64,000 nt of DNA from an uncultured Chloroflexia bacterium. GTDB lineage: Bacteria; Chloroflexota; Anaerolineae; JAAYZQ01. Position 1 is the stretch's first letter; the number at the start of each line of letters is the position of its first letter. Shown piece after piece: positions 33,997 through 44,231 of this stretch. The position numbers were made by a program, and so were the translations under genes. The notes below the pieces were generated by a model. It was given only the letters and a program-made list of their open reading frames with translations. It ran no database searches and was not told the DNA's origin. The stretch spans positions 1,216,001-1,280,000 of the forward strand of contig CAVOXA010000010.1 of assembly GCA_963700285.1 (NCBI GenBank). The letters run 5' to 3'.

Positions 33997-35322
33997 CTAC
34001 AAGCTTAACCGCCCCGACCCCTTGCAGACGGGGCAGTTCAGGCCGCCCAGGACCTTGCCGTCGCCACCGCAGAGGGGGCAGCCAATGCCCGACTGCTTGC
34101 CGCTGCTGGCTTGCACAGGCTTGGAGGCTGAGGGCGGCGCGGCCTGCTGGGCCGTCTTGCCTTTCTGCTGCTCGCTCTGTCCAAAGAGCATCCGCACAAA
34201 GGTCACCAGCGCCGTGCCCAGGATCTCGCCCAGGGTGGGACTCCAGCGCTGGACCGTCTCAAAGAACTTGCTGCCCGTGGGCGCCAGCCGGTCCAGCTCG
34301 ATCTTGAGCTGGCTGGCCGAGGGACGTCGCCGCGGGTCAGGATCCAAGCAGCGGTTCACGATTCCGACCACCGCCGGACTGAGGTCGGGCCGCAGCTCAG
34401 AGAGCGGCTGAAAGGTCGCGAAGGAACGCAACAGCTCCATGTCCAGCTCGGGGAAGGCCGTAAAGCGGTCGCGGGGATCCCGCGCCGTGAGCAGGTGGTG
34501 CATGGTCGCGCCCAGGGCATAGATGTCCGACCGGGTGGAGGGCTGCATCTGCCACTGCTCCAAAGGGGTATAGCCGGGCGTGCCGGCGGCCACGGTCTTG
34601 CCCCCGGCGACCATCACCCGTGCCCCGCTGCTGACGGCGGCCCGGGCCAGGCCAAAGTCCACCAGCCATATCCGCTCCTCAGGATCGATGATGATGTTGG
34701 CTGGCTTGATATCGCGGTGGACGACCGGCTCGGGCTTGCGGCTGTGGAGATAGGTCAGCGCGCCCACAACTTCTGTGGCGCAAGAGACGACTTCTGCCTC
34801 CGAAAGGGGGCGCTTGAGCCGTTCCAGCCGCCGCTCGAGGCTTTCGCCCTCGATGTACTTCATCACCAGGTACTGGTCCAGGCCCTCGACGAAATAGCCA
34901 TACACCTCCGGGATGCGGGGATGGCCGGGATGGTTGAGCCGGGCCAGCACCTCGGCCTCGCGCTTGAAATCCTCCTCCGCTTTGCGCCGTTCGCTCTGCG
35001 TGGCGAAAAAGGGGCGCATCTGCTTGACCACGCACAATCGGCCAAAGAGTTCCTCGTCCTTGGCCAGGTAGACGGCGCCCATGCCCCCCTGTCCCAACTG
35101 GCCCATGATCTGGTAGCGGCCGCCCTGAAGCGACTTGCCTGTGGGCAAGGGAGTGGTTCCCCCATCTTCGCTCGGAGCATTTTCCCGGGATTGTTGCTCG
35201 CCAGCCGGTAGGACGCTATCGCTGGCTCTCTGCAGACCGGCGGCCGCGAATCGCACGCCGCACTTGGTGCAGAATCGCGCCTTGGGATCCGCGGGCGCCC
35301 CACACTGCGGACAGTTAGCCAT
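33997..35322 (-). CDS. Hanks-type Ser/Thr kinase with N-terminal zinc ribbon and C-terminal DnaJ-type CxxCxGxG pair
   Basis: CPQCG..FCTKCG; LGQGGMGAVY, HRDIKPAN, DFG, GTPGY; CPLCGGDG and CPVCKGSG. Confidence 0.93.
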   Translation of the reverse strand: MANCPQCGAPADPKARFCTKCGVRFAAAGLQRASDSVLPAGEQQSRENAPSEDGGTTPLPTGKSLQGGRYQIMGQLGQGGMGAVYLAKDEELFGRLCVVKQMRPFFATQSERRKAEEDFKREAEVLARLNHPGHPRIPEVYGYFVEGLDQYLVMKYIEGESLERRLERLKRPLSEAEVVSCATEVVGALTYLHSRKPEPVVHRDIKPANIIIDPEERIWLVDFGLARAAVSSGARVMVAGGKTVAAGTPGYTPLEQWQMQPSTRSDIYALGATMHHLLTARDPRDRFTAFPELDMELLRSFATFQPLSELRPDLSPAVVGIVNRCLDPDPRRRPSASQLKIELDRLAPTGSKFFETVQRWSPTLGEILGTALVTFVRMLFGQSEQQKGKTAQQAAPPSASKPVQASSGKQSGIGCPLCGGDGKVLGGLNCPVCKGSGRLSL

Positions 35323-36160
35323 GGCGCTCCTCCACCCGCACCAGCACAACGGTGATATTGTCCTCGCCGCCGGCCTCGTTGGCCGCGTCCACCAACCGGC
35401 GGCAGATCTGGGACGGAGAGCCGCCGCCAGTCAAAAACTCTGCCAGCCAGGCTATTGGCTGGACCATGTCCCACAACCCGTCCGAACAGAGCAGCAACGC
35501 ATCGCCTGGGTACAGTGCAAAAGAGGGATAGATATCCACCTCCAGGTCAGGCTTGAGGCCCAGGCAGCGGTAGAGAACGTTGCGGTGGGGATGGCTTTGA
35601 ACTTCTGCTGGTGTGATCCTGCCCTGCTTGAGCAGCGCCCCTGGCACCGAGTGGTCCTCGGTCAGTTGGCGCAGCCCGCCGTCGCGCCACAGGTAGGCCC
35701 GGCTGTCTCCCACGTGGGCCACGGTAGCCTGGCCGTCCTCCACGACAGCCAGCGTCAGCGTGGTCCCCATGTCCCCGGCCTCTCCCGGGTGGGTACGCGC
35801 ATAGCCCAACAGCACCTGATTGGCCCGTTCCACCGCGTGTTCCAGCAATCGGGCGCGATCGGTCTCCTCCAGACGCACGGTGAACCCGCTGCCCACGGCG
35901 GCCAAGGCTTCGGCATCCAGGCGCCGCGTGGCCGAGGGGTCTTGGGGGCGAAAGAGCGGCGCCAGTTCCCGCTTGAGGGTTTGAACGGTCCACTCGCTGG
36001 CCACCTCGCCTGCCAGGTGGCCGCCCATGCCGTCTGCCACGACAAAGAGGCCGAGAGGCTCCTCGTCGGAAGCCTGGACGACCCGGTAGTAGAAGCGATC
36101 CTCATTCAGTTCTCGCTCGCGGCCAACGTCCGTCAGCCCGGCGACAGAAAGCCAAGTCAT
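35315..36160 (-). CDS. PP2C-family Ser/Thr phosphatase (PrpC/PstP-like)
   Basis: TDVGRERELNED, VADGMGGH, HVGDSRAY, LCSDGL, GGEDNIT. Confidence 0.95.
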   Translation of the reverse strand: MTWLSVAGLTDVGRERELNEDRFYYRVVQASDEEPLGLFVVADGMGGHLAGEVASEWTVQTLKRELAPLFRPQDPSATRRLDAEALAAVGSGFTVRLEETDRARLLEHAVERANQVLLGYARTHPGEAGDMGTTLTLAVVEDGQATVAHVGDSRAYLWRDGGLRQLTEDHSVPGALLKQGRITPAEVQSHPHRNVLYRCLGLKPDLEVDIYPSFALYPGDALLLCSDGLWDMVQPIAWLAEFLTGGGSPSQICRRLVDAANEAGGEDNITVVLVRVEERHG

Positions 36161-36203
36161 AGATGCTACCTTTTGCCAACCCTTGCCCCCTTCGTCGGGG
36201 CGA

Positions 36204-38033
36204 TCAGCCAAACAAACCACTCTTCACACGGAGCCTGACCTCTACCCGCTGGCCCTGCCCGCCGTCGAGCGTAAAGGTCAGGGCGGCTTGCTGTTTCCGC
36301 CCCTGGATCTTGGCCATACGCCCGACCAATTCTACGCTCTGCCGGACGCCAGGTTGCAGGCCAAACTGCTCCGGCTTGACCAGCAGCCACGCCGGAGCGC
36401 CTACGACCCGGCACTGGGCCGCGGCCCGGCTGATGTTGGTCACCGTCACGGTCCTCCGGGGGGTGCTCAACGCTCCCCGGGACACGCGGCCAAAGTCCAC
36501 GATCACAGGTTCAACGCGGATGGCTGCCGTGGTGACGGTGATCTGCACCGACAGGACTTTGGGTGCACCCCCCTCGGGTTCCAGGGTGACGGCAGCCAGG
36601 TGAGCCTGGTTTGGAGCAAGCCCCGTGGTGTCGATCTCGACCAGCACCCGGGCAGCCTGGCCCGGCGGGCAGCCGAACCTGTCGCTGCCTACCTTGAGCC
36701 AGGGCTGGTTGCTCCAAACTTCGCCGCGCAGGTAACCCCCGCCCAGATTGCTGATCTCGATCTGTTGCGGAATCCTCTGGCCCACGCCCACTTGTGGAAG
36801 CCGCAGGATCTCTGTACTCAGTTGCAGCACCCCCGGTGGCAGGGCGGAGGGATCGAGTTGCCGGATAAAGGTGTCCAGGGCGGCATCGGGGTCTTGGGGC
36901 CACTGCACCACCGCTGCCTCCGCTGCCTGGGCGGCTGCCGCATCGTGCAGCGTCCCGCGCAACCAACGGGCCAAGGTCCCATCCTGGAGGATGCTGGCCG
37001 CATAGCGCCAGTGCTCGACCGCCAGGGCCAGGAGGCTGGCGCGGCTGTTGGCCGCATCGCCGTCGGGAAAGGTCAGCGCCCGCAAGGGGGCGTTTCGACC
37101 GCCCACATAACCCTCTAATCGCTGGCGGAACTGGGCTGCTGTCAGGCGCTTGTCGATCTCTTCAGCCAGCGCCGCGCGCAGAATGCCAGCCAGGGCCTGA
37201 GGCAGTGCGGAAAGCTGCGGGTATTGGAAAGGATGATCGCGGGGATCGTCGTCGGTAAGCAGGTGGTAGGCCGTGGCGGCCAGGGAGTAGACATCGGAAC
37301 GGGGTTCCGACTGGCCCCGGTAGAGTTCCGGCGCGGCATAGCCCACGGTGCCGTAGAGGCTGTCCCTGTCGCCATCAGGCTGCCCGGCCGAGTGCAAATA
37401 GCGGGTCTTGGCTGTGCCAAAGTCCACCAGCACCGCCCGCCCGCTGTGCTCGTCGATGATGATGTTGCCCGGCTTGATGTCGTTGTGGATGACGGGCGGC
37501 TGGCGGCCGGCCAGATACTCCAGGACCTTGCAGATCTCGCTGGTATAGTGCAATACCTGTTCCGCCGGGGTAGGACCCCCAGTGATGAGCTGGCCTGTGG
37601 CGCTGTCCTCTCGGGTCAGGCCCTTGCGCAGGTCAGGCCCTTCGATATACTCCATCACCAGGTAGTTGTGCCCGCCCTCGGAGAAAAAGGCGTACAGGTC
37701 GGGCACCCCCGGGTGTTTCAGATCGCCCAGGGTGCGGGCCTCGGCCTCGAAGCGCTGGTCGGCCTTCTGTCGCGCCGCGGCGTCGGAGGGGTCGAAATAG
37801 TCAATGACCTCCTTGATCACGGCCAGCCGGTCGAAGGCTTTGGTCTGGGCCACGAGCCACACGGCGCCCATGCCCCCCTTGCCCAGGGGGCGCACAACGC
37901 GATAGCTGCCGCCGTCCAGCAATTGTCCGGGCTGGAGTGGGGCAGCAGCGGTGGCCAGCGGCGTCTGGCACGAGGCGCAGTAGCGCGCGCCGGGCCGGTT
38001 CACACGCCCGCAATTGGGACAGGTCACGCTCAA
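36204..38033 (-). CDS. Hanks-type Ser/Thr kinase with zinc ribbon and C-terminal BACON/Ig-like domains (TTG start after AAGGAG)
   Basis: CPNCG..YCASC; LGKGGMGAVW, HNDIKPGN, DFG, GTVGYAAPE; beta-rich repeats with PWL/AWL motifs. Confidence 0.9.
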   Translation of the reverse strand: MSVTCPNCGRVNRPGARYCASCQTPLATAAAPLQPGQLLDGGSYRVVRPLGKGGMGAVWLVAQTKAFDRLAVIKEVIDYFDPSDAAARQKADQRFEAEARTLGDLKHPGVPDLYAFFSEGGHNYLVMEYIEGPDLRKGLTREDSATGQLITGGPTPAEQVLHYTSEICKVLEYLAGRQPPVIHNDIKPGNIIIDEHSGRAVLVDFGTAKTRYLHSAGQPDGDRDSLYGTVGYAAPELYRGQSEPRSDVYSLAATAYHLLTDDDPRDHPFQYPQLSALPQALAGILRAALAEEIDKRLTAAQFRQRLEGYVGGRNAPLRALTFPDGDAANSRASLLALAVEHWRYAASILQDGTLARWLRGTLHDAAAAQAAEAAVVQWPQDPDAALDTFIRQLDPSALPPGVLQLSTEILRLPQVGVGQRIPQQIEISNLGGGYLRGEVWSNQPWLKVGSDRFGCPPGQAARVLVEIDTTGLAPNQAHLAAVTLEPEGGAPKVLSVQITVTTAAIRVEPVIVDFGRVSRGALSTPRRTVTVTNISRAAAQCRVVGAPAWLLVKPEQFGLQPGVRQSVELVGRMAKIQGRKQQAALTFTLDGGQGQRVEVRLRVKSGLFG

Positions 38034-38112
38034 TACCTGCTCCTTTGCCACGCCAGGTCGATGGCGAACATGGTGCTCCTTTTCCAAGATTTCACGCACG
38101 AATTCGCGACCC

Positions 38113-38141
38113 ATTATAGCCCGGCCCGGGCGATTTGGCAA
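38113..38141 (-). promoter_or_regulatory. Sigma70 promoter of the kinase-phosphatase-kinase operon
   Basis: TTGCCA-17 nt-TATAAT. Confidence 0.7.
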
Positions 38142-38287
38142 AGCGCTTGCAGGATGTAGGGTGCGATGGATCCCGTATCAATGATCAGGGACGACGCACC
38201 ATAGCGACAGATGAAGGATGCTCTTACACAGAATCGCGCAGAGGAGAGAGGTCGACAGAGGGGAGAATCACACCGATCTCAGTCCAT

Positions 38288-38323
38288 AAAAAAACTGCGG
38301 CGGGCCTCAAAACCCACCGCAGT
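38288..38323 (-). terminator. Rho-independent terminator after the small protein gene
   Basis: ACTGCGGTGGG...CCCGCCGCAGT followed by a T6 run on the minus strand. Confidence 0.85.
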
Positions 38324-38343
38324 CCGGTCTCCATGCTTCCGAA

Positions 38344-38490
38344 TCAGCTAAAGCGCGCCAACAGCCCCTTCAGAGTCCAATGCGAACCTTGGTTCTTCCT
38401 GTAGAGCGCTGCCTTGCGGGCGTCTTCTGATCGGCGAACCCGTAGCTCGGTCTCTATCCTCGTTGCATCCATATACATCCAGTTGGTCAT
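38344..38490 (-). CDS. 48-aa small protein MTNWMYMDATRIETELRVRRSEDARKAALYRKNQGSHWTLKGLLARFS, under c-di-AMP riboswitch control
   Basis: AGGAGG 6 nt before ATG; only SD-led ORF seen between the riboswitch and the terminator; below the ORF-track cutoff. Confidence 0.8.
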   Translation of the reverse strand: MTNWMYMDATRIETELRVRRSEDARKAALYRKNQGSHWTLKGLLARFS

Positions 38491-38555
38491 TGTGTACCTC
38501 CTCGTCTTGAACGGTGGGTATATGGTTTACCCAGCCTGTGAGGTACCCTTGCACG

Positions 38556-38593
38556 AAAAAGAAGGGCACCCAATCTAATATCGGATGACCTTC
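38556..38593 (-). terminator. Riboswitch expression-platform terminator
   Basis: GAAGGTCATCCGAT-ATTAG-ATTGGGTGCCCTTC-TTTTT immediately 3' of the aptamer. Confidence 0.75.
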
Positions 38594-38597
38594 TCCC

Positions 38598-38706
38598 ACG
38601 CCTACGGGGTTAGCTGACGGGCTCGGGCCGAAGAAGATGGCCCTGCGGATAAGACTACCGGTTCGCCCCCTGACTTGGATCCCCCGCTGTATGTGCATTC
38701 GGCGGT
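38598..38706 (-). ncRNA. Cyclic di-AMP riboswitch (ydaO/yuaA class)
   Basis: Minus strand CGCCGAAT...CGGGGGATCCA...GGGGCGAAC...GCAGGGCC...GGCCCGAGCCCGTCAGCTAACCCCGTAGGC matches the ydaO consensus blocks. Confidence 0.92.
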
Positions 38707-38733
38707 ATCAACTATGCAGTTGTTACAGCAGTC

Positions 38734-38762
38734 CTTGTACCATAGGTTGCAGGGTCTGTCAA
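38734..38762 (-). promoter_or_regulatory. Promoter of the riboswitch transcript
   Basis: TTGACA-17 nt-TACAAG with TG extension. Confidence 0.6.
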
Positions 38763-38845
38763 GCTCGGACACCAGAGTGACTAGATTTGACGCGCTCAAT
38801 GCGAACAGCGTAGACGGCTGGAGTTTGTAGAACATTTGAGCGACT

Positions 38846-38874
38846 TTGACGGAGTAGCCATCCCGTGTTAGAAT
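38846..38874 (+). promoter_or_regulatory. Sigma70 promoter for the SH3-lhr operon (probably leaderless)
   Basis: TTGACG-17 nt-TAGAAT; ATG is 7 nt downstream. Confidence 0.65.
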
Positions 38875-38880
38875 GGAGCG

Positions 38881-39288
38881 ATGGACAAGGGACGACAGGG
38901 GAATTGCGAAGAGCCACAGAGTGACAGCCGGCGCATGTGCAAGGTGGTCACCGGCTACCGGTCGGCCTACCCTGAACCCTTTGTAGTGCAGGCAGGAGAA
39001 TCCTTGACCGCCGGCGAAAGGGAGAGCGAGTGGCCCGGCTGGATATGGTGCACGAATCGGGAGGGCGAGAGTCGATGGGTACCGGAAACCTACGTGCAGA
39101 GGCAGGGTGAGACGTGCATCGCCCTCCGCGACTATGACGCCACCGAGCTGACCGTCCGGCCCGGCCAAGAGATCATCCCCGGCGAAGAGGCGAGCGGCTG
39201 GATCTGGTGCACAGATCGAGAGGGACAAAGCGGCTGGGTGCCAGCAGAGTACCTGGTCTGCAATCCAGCCGCGGAGCATAACGAATGA
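38881..39288 (+). CDS. Tandem SH3-domain protein
   Basis: Two repeats WIWCTNREGESRWVP / WIWCTDREGQSGWVP; ALRDYDATEL. Confidence 0.85.
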   Translation: MDKGRQGNCEEPQSDSRRMCKVVTGYRSAYPEPFVVQAGESLTAGERESEWPGWIWCTNREGESRWVPETYVQRQGETCIALRDYDATELTVRPGQEIIPGEEASGWIWCTDREGQSGWVPAEYLVCNPAAEHNE

Positions 39289-42200
39289 CGAATGATGGAC
39301 CACGAATGACCAACAACGAAACTAGTTCTCCCCTGGACGCCTTTCTGCCAGCCGTACAAACCTGGTTCTACGAGACCTTTGGCGAGCCCACGCCGCCCCA
39401 GGCTATGGGCTGGCCGGCCATCCAGCGCGGCGAGCACACCCTGATCCTGTCGCCCACCGGGTCGGGCAAGACGCTGGCCGCTTTCCTGTGGGGCATCGAC
39501 CAATTGTACCGCGAGACCTTGGAGCAAGAAAGCCAGGAAACAGGCGAAAGCCGTGAGGAGGGGGTACGCCTGCTCTACGTGTCGCCGCTGAAGGCGCTGA
39601 ACAACGACGTGGAGCGCAACCTGCGCGCGCCGCTGGCCGGCATCCGCCGCGTGGCCGAGGAGCAGGGCTCACACCTGCCCCGCCTGTCGGTGCTGGTCCG
39701 CACCGGCGACACCCCCCAATCGGTCCGGCGGCAGATGGTCAAGCACCCGCCCCACATTCTGATCACCACACCCGAGTCACTGTACCTGATCCTGACCAGT
39801 CCCGTGGCCCGCGAGATGTTTCGCACTGTGCGGACCCTGATCGTGGACGAGATCCACACCCTGGTCGGCAACAAGCGCGGCGTGCACCTGGCCGTCTCCC
39901 TGGAGCGCGTCGTCGAGCTGGCCGGGCGTCCCATCCAGCGCATCGGCCTCTCGGCCACCCAGCGCCCGCTGGATGAGGTTGCCCGCTTTCTGGGCGGCTA
40001 CGAGTCCCAGGTCAACGCAGAACGCGGTACGCCGTCCGGCGGCCTCGGGGATCCCGTCCCCCGGCCCGTCACCATCGTCGACGCCGGCATGGTCAAACCG
40101 ATGGACCTGAAGGTCATCACCGCCGTGGAGGATTTCAGCGACCTGCCCGGCGGCAGCATCTGGCCGGCCATCATCCCCCAGGTGATGGACCTCATCGAGG
40201 CCCACCGCACGACGCTCGTCTTTGCCAACAGCCGCCGCCAGGCCGAGCGCGCCGCCGACCGGCTCAACGACCTGTACCTGGCCCGACAGGCGGGGCGGGC
40301 CGGCGGCCCCGAGGCAATGATGGAAGGCGGCGCCGTCAAGGGCCTCGGCATCCAGGGCACCGGCGCCGCCGGCGGGCCCTTCCGCGCCCACCACGGCAGC
40401 GTCAGCCGCGAGGCGCGCCTGCAACTGGAGCAGGCGCTGAAGGACGGGCCGGCTGCCGGCGCTGGTGGGCACCTCGTCGCTGGAGCTGGGCATCGACATC
40501 GGCGCCGTGGACCTGGTCGTGCAGCTCCAGTCGCCCAAGGGGGTGGCCCGGGGCCTGCAGCGGGTGGGACGCTCCGGCCACCTGGTGGGCCAGACCAGCG
40601 CGGGCCGCTTTTTCCCCACCCACCGCGAGGACCTGCTCGAGATCGGCGGCCATCGCCCGGGCCATGCTCGAGGGCGACGTGGAGCCGACCTACGCGCCTC
40701 AGAACAGCCTCGATGTGCTGGCCCAACAGATCGTGGCCATGGTCAGCGTGCAGGACTGGGACGTGCCGGCCCTGCTGGACCTGATGCGCCGCGCCTACCC
40801 CTACCACAAGCTGACGCTCCGAGCTCTACCGCGCCGTGCTGGACATGCTGACGGGCCGCTATCCCAGCACCGCCTTCCGCGAGCTGCGGCCGCGCATCGC
40901 CTGGGACCGGGTCCACGACCGGCTCACGGCCCTGCCCGGCAGCCGCCTGCTGGCCATCCGCAACGGCGGCACCATCCCCGACCGGGGCACTTTTGCCGCC
41001 TATCTGCCCGACCGCAAGACGCGGCTGGGCGAACTGGACGAGGAGTTTGTCTTCGAGACGCGTCCCGGCGACGTGTTCACCCTGGGGGCCAGCACCTGGC
41101 GCGTGCAGGAGGTCACCGACGACCGGGTCATCGTCACCCCGGCGCCCGGCTACCTGCCGCGCATGCCCTTCTGGAAGGGGGACGCGCCCCGGCGGGACTA
41201 TCACCTGGGCGAGATCTATGGCCGCTTCCGCCGCGAGCTGGCCGAGCGCATAGCGCAAGGGACCAGGGAGCGGATGGCAGCGGACGGGGCGCACGAGGTC
41301 GTGGACGAAGGGCTTTCGAAGCAGAGGATGCCCAGGCGGAAGCCTGCATTACAGACTGGCTCCAGGAAGACTATCGTCTCGACATCCACTCGGCGCGGAA
41401 CGCGGTCCGCTACGTGGCCCGCCAGATGGACGTACTGGGCACCATCTCGTCCGACCGGACCGTCATCGCCGAGATGTTCACCGATCCCCTGGGCGACCTG
41501 CGGCTGGTGATCCACTCCTGCTTTGGCGCCCGGGTGAACAGCCCCTGGGCGCTGGCCCTGTCCCAGGCCTTTCGCGAGGCCATGGGCCGACCCGGCGCGC
41601 TGGGACCCAGGCCCGAGGTCATGGTCAGCGACGATGGCATCCTCTTCCGCTTCCTGGAGACCGACCAGGAACCGCCCCTGGACCTGATCCGCGAGATGGG
41701 GCCGGCCGAGGCCCGGGAGCGGCTCCTGGTCGAGCTGCCCAACTCGGCCGTGTTTGGCGCCCAGTTTCGCATGAACGCCGCCCGCGCCCTGCTGCTGCCC
41801 GCCGCCAAAGGCGCCCAGAAACGCACGCCTTTCTGGCTGCAGCGCCTGCGGGCCAAGGACCTGCTGTCGGTGGCCAAGGGGTTTGAGGATTTCCCCATCG
41901 TCGCCGAGACCTACCGCGATTGCCTGCGCGACGTGCTGGACCTGGCACACCTGGAGGAGGTACTGCGCGGCATCCAGGGCGGCGAGATCGAGGTGGTGAT
42001 CAACGAGACGATGGTGCCCAGCCCCGTGGCCGGCAGCCTGCTCTACGACATGATCGCCAAGTACATGTACGAGTGGGACCAGCCCAAGGCCGAGCGCCAG
42101 ATGCAGGCCCTGATGGTGGGCCGCGAGCTGCTGTCCCAGCTCCTGGACGACGCCTCGGCGAGGGCTCGCTGCCCGACCTGCTGCGTCCGGAGGCGGTGCG

Positions 42201-44155
42201 CGACGTGGACGCCCGCCTGCAGTACCTGGCCGACGGCAGCCGGGCCCGCACGCCCGAGGAACTGGCCACCATCTTTCTGGCCCTGGGTGACCTGTCGGCC
42301 GAGGAGGCGGCCGCCCGCAGCGACGGCGATGGCGCGGCCTGGGTCGAGGACCTGGCAGCCGAGGGCCGCCTCGCTGCCTCTGGATCTAGCCGGCGACCGC
42401 CGCTACGTCCTGCCGGAGCAGGCGGACGCCTACCGGGCAGCCTTTGGCCCCGCGTCGCCCGAAGGCATGGTGTCAGACGAATCCCGCCGGGCCATCCTGC
42501 GCCGCGTCCTGAGCACCCACGGCCCGCTGACCCGCGGCTGGCTCCTGGCCCGCTATCCCTGGCCGCCCGAGTGGCTCGACGCCGCCCTGGAGGCCCTCGT
42601 CGAAAACGGCGAGGTCGTGACCGGCCAAATCACGCCCAGAGATCCGTCCGGTCCCCAAATTGCCGGCACAGTGGCGAACGAAGCTGAAGCAGTCCGAGCC
42701 CGGATCCCCGGCCCCCAGAATATTGCGACCGCCGCAACCTGGAGCGCATCCACCGCCAGACACTGGCACTGCTGCGCAAAGAGGTCGAGCCGGTGTCCAT
42801 CTATGCCTACGCCGATTTCCTGGCCCGCTGGCAGCACCTCCATCCCGCCGAGCGGCTGTCCGGGCCCGGGGCACTGGTCCGCCTGCTGCAGCAGATGCGC
42901 GGCGTGCCAGCCCCAGGGCTCATCTGGGAGCGGGACCTGCTGCCCTTGCGCCTGGAGGCCTTTGACGCCAGGCGAGCTGGAGGATCTGTGCGGGCAAGGC
43001 GACGTGGTCTGGGTCGGCTCCGGAGGCAAGGACCCGCGACGGGCCCGGGTACGTTTTCTCTTCCGCGGCGAGGGCAACCTGTTTCTGCCTGCCGAGCCGG
43101 ATGAACCCGATCTATCGCCCCCCGCCGCCCAGGTGCTGGCCTTCCTCAGGTCGGAGGGGGCCTGTTTCTTTGCCGACCTGGAAGCGGGGACCGACCTGTC
43201 TAGCAACGAGCTTGAGCGCGGCCCTGGTCGAGCTGGTCATGGCTAGCCTGGTGACCAACGACTCGCTCCAGGCGCTGCGGCAGGTACTGGCCTGGAGCGA
43301 GCTGAGGAGCTTGCGCCCGGCGCAAGCCCCTCAGCTCGCTGGAGGCCGAGCTGTCCGCCTGGCGCAAGACCTCGCCACCCGTTTTGGGAGCGCGCGACCC
43401 GCCCCAGCCGGGCGCGGATCTGCAGCGCGCCCAGCGCACCGCCGGCCGCCGCGTGGAACGGGCGACGGCGCCCCGCTGGCCCGGTCGCTGGAGCCTGGTG
43501 CACCGCATCGGCGTCTGGGGCAGGGAAGTGCCCTTCGAGGAGCGGATCGAGCGCCAGGCGCGGCAGTTGCTGCAGTGCTACGGCATCGTCACCCGGCAGA
43601 GCCTGGAGGGCGACCCCGAGGGCGGGCTGGGATTGGCGCGCGCTCTACCCCCAGTTCCAGTTGATGGAGATGCGGGGCGAGGTACGGCGCGGCTACTTTG
43701 TGCAGGGCCTGCCCGGCGTGCAGTTCGCCCTGCCCGAGGCGGTGGAGCGCCTGCGCGACTGGACTCGCCCCGATGCGGCGGATATCGAGGAACTCGTGCT
43801 GCTCAACGCCAGCGATCCGGCCAACCTCTTTGGCCCGGCCCTGCCGGGCGAGCCGGAGGTGGAGCACGACCCGGCCCGCTTCCTGCGCATCCCGGGCAAC
43901 TATGTCGTGCTGCTCCGCGGCCGGCCGGTGCTGCTGCTGGAAACCGGCGGCGAGCGGCTGACGGTGCTGCCTGGCCATGCGGGCGGCGCGCTCAAGCAGG
44001 CGCTCAAGGTGGCCGTCGAGCACGCGGGCCGCTGGCAGCGGCGCCTGACCCTGAGCGAGTGGAACGGCCAGCCGATCCTGGAGAACCCCCTGGCCCCGCT
44101 GTTGGAAGAAGTGGGCTTCCGCCGCGAGGCACTGGTCTATGTCTGGGATGGATGA
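39285..44155 (+). CDS. lhr: Lhr-family large SF2 helicase (multiple frameshifts)
   Basis: [54 protein letters not shown]; C-terminal [23 protein letters not shown]. Confidence 0.9.
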
Positions 44156-44184
44156 GGGGGATTGGTCGTTCGCCACAGAACAGC

Positions 44185-44213
44185 TTGCATTTGTGCCCAG
44201 GGTGTGCTATACT
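44185..44213 (+). promoter_or_regulatory. tRNA promoter
   Basis: TTGCAT-17 nt-TATACT. Confidence 0.7.
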
Positions 44214-44231
44214 GGCCCTAGTTCAGCCCAT

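Noticed and set aside
38034-38141. Longer N-terminus for the second kinase
   Set aside because: The upstream starts overlap the -35/-10 promoter elements; AAGGAG supports the TTG at 38033.
38330-38710. Possible tmRNA or RNase P RNA in the structured intergenic region
   Set aside because: No tRNA-like ends or tag peptide; the conserved blocks match the ydaO riboswitch followed by an SD-led ORF.
39285-44155. Programmed frameshifting or true pseudogenisation of lhr (also rpoC, mttB-2, amidohydrolase)
   Set aside because: Indels are scattered across many genes, including essential rpoC, which is typical of long-read consensus error.
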